From NCBI GenBank assembly GCA_045612545.1, contig JAZKZH010000017.1, positions 8,454 through 72,453 on the forward strand: a stretch of 64,000 bases of DNA, given 5' to 3'. This document shows, piece after piece, positions 1 through 9,202 of the stretch (its first letter is position 1; each line of letters opens with the position of its first letter). The position numbers and the translations under genes are program-made. The notes below the pieces were generated by a model, which had not been told where the DNA came from, did not search any database, and saw only the letters and a program-made list of their open reading frames with translations. Origin of the DNA: Eubacteriales bacterium (GTDB lineage: Bacteria; Bacillota; Clostridia; Oscillospirales; CAG-382).

Positions 1-1010
1 GCCATGGCGGCATCGATGGCGGATTCTCCGCTGTTGGATTTGGGAGAAGTGGCAAGCAGGATCACAGCATCCGCCAGGGGAATTCTGGCTTCGGGGAGGC
101 CAACCTGCAAGGCGATGTCGATGCAGGATTTGGCAAAGATCACCGCATTGGGATAGGCAAGGCCGATATCCTCGGCGGCGCATACGGAGATGCGACGGCA
201 GGCGGAGACCAAGTCCCCTCCCGCAAGGATCCGCGCTAAGTAGAACACGGCGGCATCCGGGTCTGAGCCGCGAATGGACTTCTGCAATGCGGAAAGAAGA
301 TCGTAATGGGATTGACCGTCACGGTCGTACCGCAACCCCGAGCGCTGCACAAGCTGACGTGCAAGCTCCTCGTCGATGGCGGTCTCGGAGGCGTAGTAGC
401 AGTTTTCCAGAGACCCGATGGCCTTCCGCACGTCCCCGCCGCAACCGAAGGCAAGCACCTCCAAGGCGGCGTCGGAGCAGGTCTTGGCGTTTCCGAAATC
501 ACCGTTTAAGATATCAAAGGCACGGCGCAAACCGGGAACAAGCTCCAAAGGCTCCACGGGCTTGAACTCAAACACGCTGGAGCGGGAAAGCAAAGCGGGA
601 TAGATGGCAAAATAGGGGTTCTCGGTGGTAGAACAGATGAGGGTGACTCTTCCGTCCTCCACGTATTCCAGCAGGGACTGCTGCTGCTTTTTGTTGAAAT
701 ACTGGATCTCGTCGATGTAAAGCAGGATGCCCTCGGTGCCGCCCATCATACCGCCGGAGAGGTTTAGGATCTCCTTGACCTCGGCAGTGCCTGCGGAGGT
801 GGCGTTGATCTTATAGAACTCTCTGCGAAAATGCTTGGCGATGAGGTCCGCCGTGGTGGTCTTCCCCGTGCCGGGAGGGCCGTAGAAGATGAGAGACGGC
901 AGATGCCCACTGTCCAGAATACGGCGCAGGGGGGCATTTTTGGCAAGAAGGTGCGTCTGTCCGCAGATCTCGTCAAAGGTATTAGGTCTGACACGGTCGG
1001 CAAGAGGCAT
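1..1010 (-). CDS. rarA: Replication-associated recombination protein A (AAA+ ATPase), truncated by the window edge
   Basis: Not in the ORF track because it runs off the window. Reverse strand from ATG at 1010 reads MPLADRVRPNTFDEICGQTHLL, then Walker A YGPPGTGKTT, YIDEIQYFNKKQQQSLL, TTENPYF and SALQKSIRGSDPDAA. Confidence 0.93.
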   Translation of the reverse strand, partial: MPLADRVRPNTFDEICGQTHLLAKNAPLRRILDSGHLPSLIFYGPPGTGKTTTADLIAKHFRREFYKINATSAGTAEVKEILNLSGGMMGGTEGILLYIDEIQYFNKKQQQSLLEYVEDGRVTLICSTTENPYFAIYPALLSRSSVFEFKPVEPLELVPGLRRAFDILNGDFGNAKTCSDAALEVLAFGCGGDVRKAIGSLENCYYASETAIDEELARQLVQRSGLRYDRDGQSHYDLLSALQKSIRGSDPDAAVFYLARILAGGDLVSACRRISVCAAEDIGLAYPNAVIFAKSCIDIALQVGLPEARIPLADAVILLATSPKSNSGESAIDAAM

Positions 1011-1030
1011 GACGCAAAACTCCTAGTAAG

Positions 1031-1834
1031 TTATTTTTCCTTTTTCTTGAAGGAAAGCTTGTTCTCGTTGCCGTTGAAGAGGCGGCGGATATTGGAACGG
1101 TGCATAAAGATCAGCAACATACCAATGAACAAGCTGAAGCAGATGGCGGGCAGGGAGGGGAAGGTTCCTCGCACGGTTGCGCTGATATACACGGTGCCGG
1201 GGAGGGCGAAGCCTGCCAGCACGGAGCCAAGGGAAACGTAGCGGGTGATCAGCACGGTAAGAGCAAAGATGGCAAAGGCAATAAGGAATACCTGCCAGTC
1301 GATCAACAAGATCATGGTGGCGGCAGTGAGCACGCCCTTACCGCCGCGGAAGCGGTAATACACGGGAGCGATATGGCCAAGCATACAGAACACACCCGCA
1401 AAGTATGCGCCCAGCTCGCCGCAAGCGATGATACCGATGAGCACAGAAAGGAACTGCTTGAGAATATCGCCGAACAGGGTAAGCAATGCGCCCTTCTTGC
1501 CGAAGACTCTGCCCATGTTGGTCAGACCCGCATTACCGGAGCCATACTTACGGATATCGTCGTGATACTTATACTTGGAAACGATGATGGCGGCATTCAA
1601 GCTGCCCAGCAGGTAAGGAATGATGGTGCAAACCAGGATCCCGGCACAGAAAATCAAGGCCGCATACAGATCCTCCTCTTTTTCCAGAAGATCCCCGTGA
1701 AGCCAATTCAAAAAGCCTTGGAAGGAAACCTGCACAGTGGTACCGTCAACCTCCACCTCACGGGCGATGCCCAGCTTTTCATACAAGCCGATAGCACTCC
1801 AGAACCATTCAAAAAATTGAAGCATAGTGGTCAA
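1031..1834 (-). CDS. plsY: Glycerol-3-phosphate acyltransferase PlsY with a long N-terminal extension
   Basis: YLLGS, DIRKYGSGNAGLTN, GHIAPVY-FRGGKGV and HRSNIRRL-G-E motifs; lies downstream of der. Confidence 0.93.
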   Translation of the reverse strand: MTTMLQFFEWFWSAIGLYEKLGIAREVEVDGTTVQVSFQGFLNWLHGDLLEKEEDLYAALIFCAGILVCTIIPYLLGSLNAAIIVSKYKYHDDIRKYGSGNAGLTNMGRVFGKKGALLTLFGDILKQFLSVLIGIIACGELGAYFAGVFCMLGHIAPVYYRFRGGKGVLTAATMILLIDWQVFLIAFAIFALTVLITRYVSLGSVLAGFALPGTVYISATVRGTFPSLPAICFSLFIGMLLIFMHRSNIRRLFNGNENKLSFKKKEK

Positions 1835-3150
1835 TCTCCTTTCTGCTTAATGACCAGACGGATGGGAGTTCCCTCGAAGCCGAAGGTCTTACGCAGACAA
1901 TTTTCGATATACCGCTGATAAGAATAATGGAACAGCTCGGCGCTGTTGCAGAACAATGCAAAGGTGGGCGGATTGGTGGTGGTCTGAGTCATGTAATAGA
2001 TCTTCAAACGTCTGCCCTTATCCGTGGGAGGCTGCACGCGGTCGGTGATATCCGACAGGAAATCGTTGAGCACACCGGTGGTAATGCGCTTGCAGGATTC
2101 CTTGTAGGCATCGTTCACCAAGGTAAAGATCTTGTCCAGGCGCTGCCCGGTCTTGGCAGAGACGAACACCACGGGGGCGTAGGTCATGTAGGAAAGTGCG
2201 TTATACACGTCCTTGCGGAAGTTTTCGAAGGTGGAATTATCCTTCTCCACCAGATCCCACTTGTTGATGACGATAACGCTTGCCTTTCCTGCGTTGTGGG
2301 CAAGGCCTGCGATATGCTCATCCTGGGCGGTAATGCCCTCGTTGGCATCTACCATAATGAGACATACATCACTGTTTTCTACCGCCATATTGGCACGGAG
2401 GACACTGTATTTTTCAATCTTATCCTCGATCCTGGCGTTACGGCGAATGCCTGCGGTATCTACCAATACATATTTGCCGTGCTTGTTTTCCACGTAGGTA
2501 TCCACGGCATCACGAGTGGTGCCTGCCATATCGGAAACGATGACACGGTCTTCCCCGCAGATCTTGTTGATGATGGAACTCTTTCCCGCATTGGGCTTAC
2601 CGATAACGGCGATGCGAATGCGGTCGGAATCGTTGTCCTCGTCTTCTTCCTTGGGAAGCAATTCCATGACACGGTCCAGAATATCACCCGTGCCCGTACC
2701 GCTGAGAGAGGACAGAGGGAACACGTCCTCGAAGCCCAAGCCGTAGAATTCGTAGAATTCGGGAGGCGTTGCGCCGATGGAATCCACCTTGTTGACAATG
2801 ACGATAACGGGCTTATGAGATTTGCGAAGCATGGTAGCAATATCGCTGTCGGAATCCGTCATGCCGCTTTTCAGGTCGCACATAAACAAGATCACATCCG
2901 CATGATCGATGGCGATCTGAGCTTGGTCGCGCATTTGCACCAACAGCTTGCTGTCGGTCACCGGCTCAATACCGCCGGTATCAATGAGCATAAAGGTCTC
3001 GCCGTTCCATTCCACCTCGTGATAAATACGATCACGGGTGACGCCGGGAGTATCCTCCACGATGGAGATACGGGAGCCGGTCAATCGGTTAAACAGGGTG
3101 CTTTTGCCCACGTTGGGGCGGCCAACCACCGCTACTACTCTGTTTGACAT
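1831..3150 (-). CDS. der: Ribosome biogenesis GTPase Der (EngA)
   Basis: Two G domains (GRPNVGKS/DTGG/NKVD and GKPNAGKS/DTAG/NKWD) plus a C-terminal KH-like domain. Confidence 0.98.
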   Translation of the reverse strand: MSNRVVAVVGRPNVGKSTLFNRLTGSRISIVEDTPGVTRDRIYHEVEWNGETFMLIDTGGIEPVTDSKLLVQMRDQAQIAIDHADVILFMCDLKSGMTDSDSDIATMLRKSHKPVIVIVNKVDSIGATPPEFYEFYGLGFEDVFPLSSLSGTGTGDILDRVMELLPKEEDEDNDSDRIRIAVIGKPNAGKSSIINKICGEDRVIVSDMAGTTRDAVDTYVENKHGKYVLVDTAGIRRNARIEDKIEKYSVLRANMAVENSDVCLIMVDANEGITAQDEHIAGLAHNAGKASVIVINKWDLVEKDNSTFENFRKDVYNALSYMTYAPVVFVSAKTGQRLDKIFTLVNDAYKESCKRITTGVLNDFLSDITDRVQPPTDKGRRLKIYYMTQTTTNPPTFALFCNSAELFHYSYQRYIENCLRKTFGFEGTPIRLVIKQKGD

Positions 3151-3179
3151 ATAAAATCAAGTCCTTTCACTAAGACTTC

Positions 3180-4475
3180 TTAAAGCTCTGTTAGTTTTGC
3201 CAAAAGATCCTCGCCGTCACGGGCGGTGACACCGACGGAAATCTTCAGCTGCTCCTCCACGTCGGCAAGGCTGACGCCGTCCAAGAACAGGTCTCCTTCA
3301 TGGCGAAGCATATTTTCGGGAATCAAGAGGGTGTCTCCCAGCTCTTTCCCGCGCAATTGGGCGATCAAATCTCCCCCGGTGACCAAACCGCTGACGGTGA
3401 TGGTCTCCCCAAAGAAATGATTCACGATGGCATGAACGTCCACCCTCAAGGAAGGGAATCTTTCCATAGCCATGGCGGCAAGCTCCTCCATATGGGATTT
3501 TGCAAGCACTCCCGTGGCAATGGAAATATGGCGAGGGATATCGGAAATCTCGCAATCCTCCAATGCGCCGGCAAACTCCACAGTGTGGAGGCGGAGCATT
3601 CCCACGCCGTTTTCCAGCTGGGGGTAATCCTCGTAGGCTTCCTCCGGCGGAAGCTCTTTTCCCGCGGTGAGATAAAATTCATCGGAGGCGAACACCTTAC
3701 GGAAGCCGCAGGAAGAAAGATTATCCTGCGCCTTGGATTCGATTCTGGCAAGAACGTCTGCGGCGCTTTCCTTGTCAAAAGGAAGCAGCTCCGGCAAGCC
3801 CTCTCTATGGGCGGTCATTCCACAAGGAACCGCCGCAAGGCTTTCCAGATTTTCAAGTTTACATAATTCTTCTATCGAATACGTCAGCTCTTCCCCGTCG
3901 TTGATACCGCGGCAAAGAACCAGCTGTGCATTGATACGGATACCGCCCTCATCCAGCATTTTCAGAAAACGAAGTTTTTCTCCCGCAAAGCGATTGCCCA
4001 TCATTTTCACACGGAGGTCGGGATTCATGGTATGCACGGATATATTTACCGGAGAAATGTGCATACGAATGATCCTGGCGATATCCGATTCCCGCAGGTT
4101 CGTCAAGGTAACATAATTCCCTTGCAAAAAGGAAAGTCTTTCATCGTCGTCCTTGAAATAGATGGTTTCCCGCATACCGTGGGGGTTCTGATCGATGAAG
4201 CAGAAAATGCAGTTGTTGGTGCAACGCTTCTTTTCATCCATCAGATAGGTGGAGAATTCCATACCCAGCTCGGCATATTCTCTGTTATGCAGGGAAAAGG
4301 TCAATTCTTCCCCGTTTCTGGAAACAGTTACCACGCTGTTGGCATCCGTTCCGTAAAAGCGGTAATCCAGCACGTCGCAAACTCGTTCACCGTTAACGGT
4401 GAGCAAAACATCCCCTGCTTTGATTCCTGCCCGATGGGCGGGAGAAGCGAGAGTCACCGATTGGATCTCAACCAT
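3180..4475 (-). CDS. DUF512-family PDZ / radical-SAM-like Fe-S protein
   Basis: N-terminal PDZ-like segment, CxNxCxFCFIDQ motif, KDDDERLSFLQGNYVTLTN and QLENGVG; typical neighbour of der. Confidence 0.88.
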   Translation of the reverse strand: MVEIQSVTLASPAHRAGIKAGDVLLTVNGERVCDVLDYRFYGTDANSVVTVSRNGEELTFSLHNREYAELGMEFSTYLMDEKKRCTNNCIFCFIDQNPHGMRETIYFKDDDERLSFLQGNYVTLTNLRESDIARIIRMHISPVNISVHTMNPDLRVKMMGNRFAGEKLRFLKMLDEGGIRINAQLVLCRGINDGEELTYSIEELCKLENLESLAAVPCGMTAHREGLPELLPFDKESAADVLARIESKAQDNLSSCGFRKVFASDEFYLTAGKELPPEEAYEDYPQLENGVGMLRLHTVEFAGALEDCEISDIPRHISIATGVLAKSHMEELAAMAMERFPSLRVDVHAIVNHFFGETITVSGLVTGGDLIAQLRGKELGDTLLIPENMLRHEGDLFLDGVSLADVEEQLKISVGVTARDGEDLLAKLTEL

Positions 4476-4504
4476 ATGACATCCTCCTTTCCAAACATTC
4501 TATG

Positions 4505-4545
4505 AAAAAGGCGTGTTACTCAATGCAGTGAGCAACACGCTTTTC
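4505..4545 (-). terminator. Intrinsic terminator after rpmF
   Basis: GCGTGTTACTCA...TGAGCAACACGC inverted repeat flanked by A/T tracts. Confidence 0.75.
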
Positions 4546-4546
4546 T

Positions 4547-4738
4547 TTACGCCTTTTCTTCTCCGACCGTCAAGACTGCCTTGCCGCCGTAATAACCGCA
4601 GGTCTTGCAGACACGGTGGGAAAGATTGAACGCACCGCACTTAGGACACTTGGACATTCCGGGAAGCTCGAGCTTCCAAACGTTGGAACGACGCTTATCA
4701 CGTCTTGCTTTGGAGACTTTTCTCTTGGGAACTGCCAT
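4547..4738 (-). CDS. rpmF: 50S ribosomal protein L32 (Zn-ribbon type)
   Basis: MAVPKRKVSKARRDKRR, CPKC and HRVCKTCGYY. Confidence 0.98.
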   Translation of the reverse strand: MAVPKRKVSKARRDKRRSNVWKLELPGMSKCPKCGAFNLSHRVCKTCGYYGGKAVLTVGEEKA

Positions 4739-4753
4739 CTCTGATGAACCTCC

Positions 4754-5263
4754 TTACGTATGATCATTTTCATTATCTTCTTCAAAATAACTGCCCAGAG
4801 CCGCCCAACGGGGGTCGATCTCGCGCGTATCGCAGGAGCAACGCTCTACGTTCAGATCACATCCACACTTGGGACAAAGGCCTTTGCAATCCTCATTACA
4901 GAGAAAGCGAAAGGGCATCTCCGTAAAGATCTGACTGCGGACCACATCCGATAGATCCAATCTGCCGTCCTCCAGCAAAAGGAACTCCTCCTCATCCTCG
5001 TTGGCAAGCCCTTCCGCCATTTTATAGGACAGAAGAAACTCCAAACGAACAGGGAACTCCTTGCAGCATCTGCCGCAACGGGCGATGCCGCTGAGAGACG
5101 CCTTACCGCTCAAGGTTAAGTAGCCTGCATGGTTTTCTGCCACGCCTTCCACAGACACCTGCGCGGAGACAAGATCGTCGGAAAGCTCTGCACCCGATTC
5201 CTCGTATGCGAAGGGAACGGCACTGACTACCCCGACAACCAACTCTCGAAGATCTAAAGTCAT
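4754..5263 (-). CDS. yceD: YceD/DUF177 family protein
   Basis: CxRC and C-terminal LCxEDCKGLCPKCG...DPRW; lies upstream of rpmF. Confidence 0.92.
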   Translation of the reverse strand: MTLDLRELVVGVVSAVPFAYEESGAELSDDLVSAQVSVEGVAENHAGYLTLSGKASLSGIARCGRCCKEFPVRLEFLLSYKMAEGLANEDEEEFLLLEDGRLDLSDVVRSQIFTEMPFRFLCNEDCKGLCPKCGCDLNVERCSCDTREIDPRWAALGSYFEEDNENDHT

Positions 5264-5313
5264 GGGATGATCACCTCTCCTTGCAAAAGACTCTCGGTTA
5301 CACAGTTCATTCC

Positions 5314-5342
5314 ATTATAATGCTTTGCTTCCGATTTGTCAA
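5314..5342 (-). promoter_or_regulatory. SigA promoter of yceD-rpmF
   Basis: Minus strand TTGACA-N17-TATAAT, a perfect consensus. Confidence 0.85.
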
Positions 5343-5417
5343 CAGTTTTTTTGCTTTTTCTCAGATAAAAAACCGCTTTTTTCAAAAAAAGGTTGCAAGA
5401 CGGAAGAAAATGTGGTA

Positions 5418-5447
5418 GTATAGTTTCGTCTTCTGCGGCAAACAATA
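5418..5447 (+). promoter_or_regulatory. Possible forespore (sigF/sigG-like) promoter
   Basis: GTATA-N14-GGCAAACAATA just upstream of the RBS of the small ORF at 5470. Confidence 0.4.
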
Positions 5448-5469
5448 GCCGTAGAGGAGGCGAATCAAC

Positions 5470-5655
5470 ATGTTGTGCATGAAAAAGATGATCGCATGCC
5501 ACCGCCTTGTATGTAACATCATCGGCGGTGTCATGGGAATGGGCGTCGGTTTGCTGGCGGCAAACACCCTGGTAAACTGCTGCCAGCCCGGCAGAAAGAT
5601 GAAAAAGAAGGCTATGAAGGCATTCAAAGCCATGGAGAAAACATTCTGCTGCTGA
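5470..5655 (+). CDS. Small basic, Cys-rich single-TM protein of unknown function
   Basis: Strong RBS (GAGGAGG), a Gly-rich hydrophobic helix and a Lys/Met-rich tail; fills an otherwise empty gap. Confidence 0.7.
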   Translation: MLCMKKMIACHRLVCNIIGGVMGMGVGLLAANTLVNCCQPGRKMKKKAMKAFKAMEKTFCC

Positions 5656-5716
5656 CAGACAAGAACGAGGACGCAATTTCAACGCGGCCTCTACTTACCA
5701 CGGAAAGGAACCTGCC

Positions 5717-6370
5717 ATGAGAGCTTTAGGAAACCGATTACAAACGGTAGCGGAAATGCTCCGTACATACGCGCCATTCTGTTGTATTGCGGACATCGGC
5801 TCCGACCACGCATACCTTGCGGTCTACGTGATGAAAGAGGGCATCGCTTCCCTCTCCGTCTCCTCGGATATCAACGAAGGCCCCTTGGAGCGCGGAAAAG
5901 CCACCGCTGAAAAATACGGGGTCAACCCATCCTTTGTGCTTTCGGACGGATTTGATAAGCTGGGAGCATTTGAGTTTGACGGAGCCTGCATTTGCGGCAT
6001 GGGTGGCGAATTGATCGCAGATATCCTGAAGCGCTTCGGCCCTCATCCCGCTTGCCGTTTGTTTCTGCAGCCCATGACTGCCCAGGACGACCTGCGTAAA
6101 TTCCTGTGGGATAACGGCTATGAGATCATCGAGGAACGATTCACCACAGAACGCGGGAAGCCCTACGGCGTGATCTGCGCCACGTATACCGGAAAAACCA
6201 CTGATTACACCTACGCCGACCTCTTTTTGGGGAAATTCCGCCCTCACACGGAGGAATTCCGCGCCTACAAGGACAAGGTTCACGCACAGGCCTTGCGCAG
6301 AAGAGACGGCTTACTTGCCACCGGCGGAGACACCGCGCCGGAAGAACAATTACTTAAAGACAGCGAATGA
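5717..6370 (+). CDS. trmK: tRNA (adenine22-N1)-methyltransferase TrmK
   Basis: RL..ADIGSDHAYL, DINEGPL, SDG, ICGMGGELI and LQPMT. Confidence 0.92.
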   Translation: MRALGNRLQTVAEMLRTYAPFCCIADIGSDHAYLAVYVMKEGIASLSVSSDINEGPLERGKATAEKYGVNPSFVLSDGFDKLGAFEFDGACICGMGGELIADILKRFGPHPACRLFLQPMTAQDDLRKFLWDNGYEIIEERFTTERGKPYGVICATYTGKTTDYTYADLFLGKFRPHTEEFRAYKDKVHAQALRRRDGLLATGGDTAPEEQLLKDSE

Positions 6371-6944
6371 ATCTCTTTTCCAGCTTTTTGGAAAAAAGTT
6401 CGCGCAGCTCCAAACAATCCGCGGGCATCATGTTCCTTTTGGGCACGATGATCGTGGATTTTTTATCCACATACAGATAGAAGAAGCCCTTGGTCTCGTA
6501 CACCGCCATGAAATCCTCGTAGAAGAAATCGTCCTGGGTGTCTTCGTGCTTGCGGGCGTTGTGTTCGGGATCGAAAATCACGGAATAGATAAGGCCGTTT
6601 TTGCCAAACTGCACCTGATGAGTAGCGTAGAGGTATTCCTGCTTTTTAACGCAAACCGTTTTTACCTGCTTACGGAGCAAAGCGAAGAAGGTACCTGCGC
6701 ACAGCAAGATCAAGCCGCCGATCAGCACCAAGGCCGAGTTTTGAGTAGCCAGACCTGCCACAGCCAGATACAAGGCCATGGCAATCACCCACACCACGAT
6801 CAGGGTACGGATCACTCTGGAATATTTATTTCTGCACAGATTGAAATTGGAATACTCTCGATAATCGGACAAGACGACCTTGCCCTTGGAAAGCAAATAT
6901 TTTCTATCCTTCATAGCAGACATCCTTTCGGTATTATTGCGCAA
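6354..6944 (-). CDS. YcxB-family membrane protein
   Basis: Two TM helices followed by VYETKGFFYLYVDKKSTIIVPKR, a YcxB-like C-terminal domain. Confidence 0.7.
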   Translation of the reverse strand: MRNNTERMSAMKDRKYLLSKGKVVLSDYREYSNFNLCRNKYSRVIRTLIVVWVIAMALYLAVAGLATQNSALVLIGGLILLCAGTFFALLRKQVKTVCVKKQEYLYATHQVQFGKNGLIYSVIFDPEHNARKHEDTQDDFFYEDFMAVYETKGFFYLYVDKKSTIIVPKRNMMPADCLELRELFSKKLEKRFIRCL

Positions 6945-8148
6945 GCAAAAGGTTCAACAGCTCCTCACCCTTTTCCAAATACAAGCCGCCGTCAAAGCCG
7001 CTTTGCTCGCAGTAGGTACGGATACCGCTGTCCGTCTCCCCGTGGGAATCATACAGCACGAAGGGAACGGCATCTCTCGTATGAGTACGTACGTAGACAG
7101 GTGTGGGATGATCGGGGGTAAGAAGCAGACGGAATCGCTCTCCCGTCTTTCCGAAATGCTCCAGCAAAGGCTTTAAGATCTGGGAATCGATGCGACGGAT
7201 CGCCTCCATCTTTTCGGGATAACTTCCCTGGTGACCGCATTCATCCGGTGCTTCCACATGGATATACACGAAGTCGGCACCGTTTTCCATCTCCCGCAAA
7301 GCGGTATTCAGCTTGCCTGCGTAGTTGGTATCCAGCCCACCGGTGGCGCCTTCCGTAACGGGAGCGTTCATCCCTGCGCAAAGGCCGATGCCGCGGATAA
7401 GATCTACGGCGCACACCACGGAGGCAGTAAGCCCCGTTTTTTCCGTAAAGGAGGGCAGCGCGGGCTTCTTTCCCGGACTCCAGAACCAAAGGGAGTTTGC
7501 CTTCCGCTTTCCTGCGGCGGCACGTGCCAGATTCACGGGGTGCTGATTCAGCAGATCATAAGAGGCTTTTTGCAGCTCCCAGAAGGGGCGGGAGGAAAGG
7601 TTGACCGGAGCGTGATCCCCGATGCGCTTTCCGAGGATATCGTGAGGACGAGAAAAATCCGTGAAATCGGGGCAGTTCTTCCAGATCAGGCAATGACGGT
7701 AACTGACTCCGGTGTAGAAGGTGCGGAATTCGTTACCGAAGGCTTTTTGCACAGCCTTGATCAGCTCGTCGGCTTCCTCGGTGGAGATCTCCCCTGCGGA
7801 GTGATCGATCATGCGCTTGTCTTCATAGAGGGCTTCCTCTTCGGACAGGCACACCACGTTAGCGCGGATAGCGGTCTCGTCGTCCTGCATTTTGATTCCA
7901 ATGCTTGCCGCCTCCAGAGGGGAACGGCCTTTGGAATACACCCGGGGATCGTACCCCATAATGGCAAGATTTGCGGTGTCGCTTTCCGGCACCATACCCT
8001 CCGGAACGGTGTTCACCCTGCCGTTCAACCCACGGGAAGCAATATAATCCATGGCGGGTTTTTCTGCAGCAGACAGAGGCGTTTTACCTCCCAATTCTGC
8101 CAAAGGCAGGTCTGCCATGCCATCGCCAACAAGAATGATGTATTTCAT
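6934..8148 (-). CDS. apgM: Cofactor-independent phosphoglycerate mutase (ApgM type)
   Basis: GDGMAD, SDTANL, HVEAPDECGH and PDHPTP...THT. Confidence 0.9.
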   Translation of the reverse strand: MKYIILVGDGMADLPLAELGGKTPLSAAEKPAMDYIASRGLNGRVNTVPEGMVPESDTANLAIMGYDPRVYSKGRSPLEAASIGIKMQDDETAIRANVVCLSEEEALYEDKRMIDHSAGEISTEEADELIKAVQKAFGNEFRTFYTGVSYRHCLIWKNCPDFTDFSRPHDILGKRIGDHAPVNLSSRPFWELQKASYDLLNQHPVNLARAAAGKRKANSLWFWSPGKKPALPSFTEKTGLTASVVCAVDLIRGIGLCAGMNAPVTEGATGGLDTNYAGKLNTALREMENGADFVYIHVEAPDECGHQGSYPEKMEAIRRIDSQILKPLLEHFGKTGERFRLLLTPDHPTPVYVRTHTRDAVPFVLYDSHGETDSGIRTYCEQSGFDGGLYLEKGEELLNLLLAQ

Positions 8149-8258
8149 AACGACGGGTTCTCCTTTTCCGGAATTACTCTGTGTAGTAGTATAACAAATT
8201 AAGGGAGAAAAATCAACCGCCTTTTTTCATCATTTTTATATCGTTTCTGTTTTTTTTG

Positions 8259-8287
8259 TTGACAAATCCCATAGACCGTGTTATCAT
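8259..8287 (+). promoter_or_regulatory. SigA promoter
   Basis: TTGACA-N17-TATCAT with an extended TG. Confidence 0.7.
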
Positions 8288-8344
8288 GAACACAGCTTTT
8301 CGCAAGTCCTCGATTCGAAAACAGCTGTACAAAGGAAGTTAAGA

Positions 8345-8722
8345 ATGACAGAAAAGAAGGCCGAGCTTCGGGTTGCCGTTATTGGTTCACGGAGCATTGA
8401 TTACGCAGATCTTTCCCGCTATATTCCGGAAGAAGCCACCGCGCTGATCTCCGGCGGTGCTGTCGGGGTGGATACCTTGGCGGAGGCTTATGCCAAGGAA
8501 AAGGGGTTGCCCATTCGGATCATCAAGCCCCAATACGAGATCTTCGGCAGGAAGGCCCCCCTTCTGCGGGACAGGCAGATCGTGGAATGTGCGGATCTGG
8601 TAATCGCCATCTGGGACGGAGAATCCACCGGGACGGCATATACCATTGACTATGCCCACGAAAAAGGAGTACCCGTACGGCTGTATATCCCGCCGGCAAA
8701 CAACGGCAAAAACAAAGTATAA
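8345..8722 (+). CDS. Stand-alone SLOG-superfamily protein (DUF2493 / YspA-like)
   Basis: VAVIGSR, ISGGAVGVD, RDRQIV and WDGESTGT pattern of SLOG domains. Confidence 0.75.
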   Translation: MTEKKAELRVAVIGSRSIDYADLSRYIPEEATALISGGAVGVDTLAEAYAKEKGLPIRIIKPQYEIFGRKAPLLRDRQIVECADLVIAIWDGESTGTAYTIDYAHEKGVPVRLYIPPANNGKNKV

Positions 8723-8746
8723 AACCACCTGCACCGGTAAAAACTA
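8717..8746 (+). promoter_or_regulatory. Possible forespore (sigF/sigG-like) promoter
   Basis: GTATA-N14-GGTAAAAACTA upstream of the 8765 ORF; same geometry as 5418-5447. Confidence 0.4.
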
Positions 8747-8764
8747 TCGGCGAGGTGGTTTTCT

Positions 8765-9202
8765 TTGTTCAAACGATTGCTGTTTCTTTTCGGGATCTGC
8801 GGAGCGATCTACGTGCTTTTAGAGCTACTTTACCGCGGGAGATCCCATATCTCCATGTTCTTTGCGGGAGGCCTCTCAGCCGTAGGCATTTGGCTTTGCT
8901 GTAACTGCCGCGGCATAAAGCAAAGACGTCTCTTCTTTAAATGTACCATAGGCAGTGCCGTGATCACGGCGGTGGAGTTTGTTACCGGATTGATCGTAAA
9001 TTTATGGTTGAAGCTACAAGTATGGGATTATTCCACCATGCCGCTGAATCTTCTGGGACAGATATGCCTGCCCTTTTCCTTGATCTGGTTTTTACTCACC
9101 CTGCCCATATTGGGGTTGGGGAGGTTGCTCCTCGGTGCTTATTGCTCCAAGGATTCCACAAAGCGGGAAATGCCTGCTTCGCCTTCGCTATCGGGAGAGT
9201 AA
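8765..9202 (+). CDS. Putative ABC-transporter permease-like membrane protein (CmpB/TmcB-like)
   Basis: YxxLELLYRGRSHISM, ITAVEFVTG and WDYS..PLNLLGQICL; TTG start with a GAGGTG RBS; 3' end overlaps galT. Confidence 0.75.
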   Translation: MFKRLLFLFGICGAIYVLLELLYRGRSHISMFFAGGLSAVGIWLCCNCRGIKQRRLFFKCTIGSAVITAVEFVTGLIVNLWLKLQVWDYSTMPLNLLGQICLPFSLIWFLLTLPILGLGRLLLGAYCSKDSTKREMPASPSLSGE

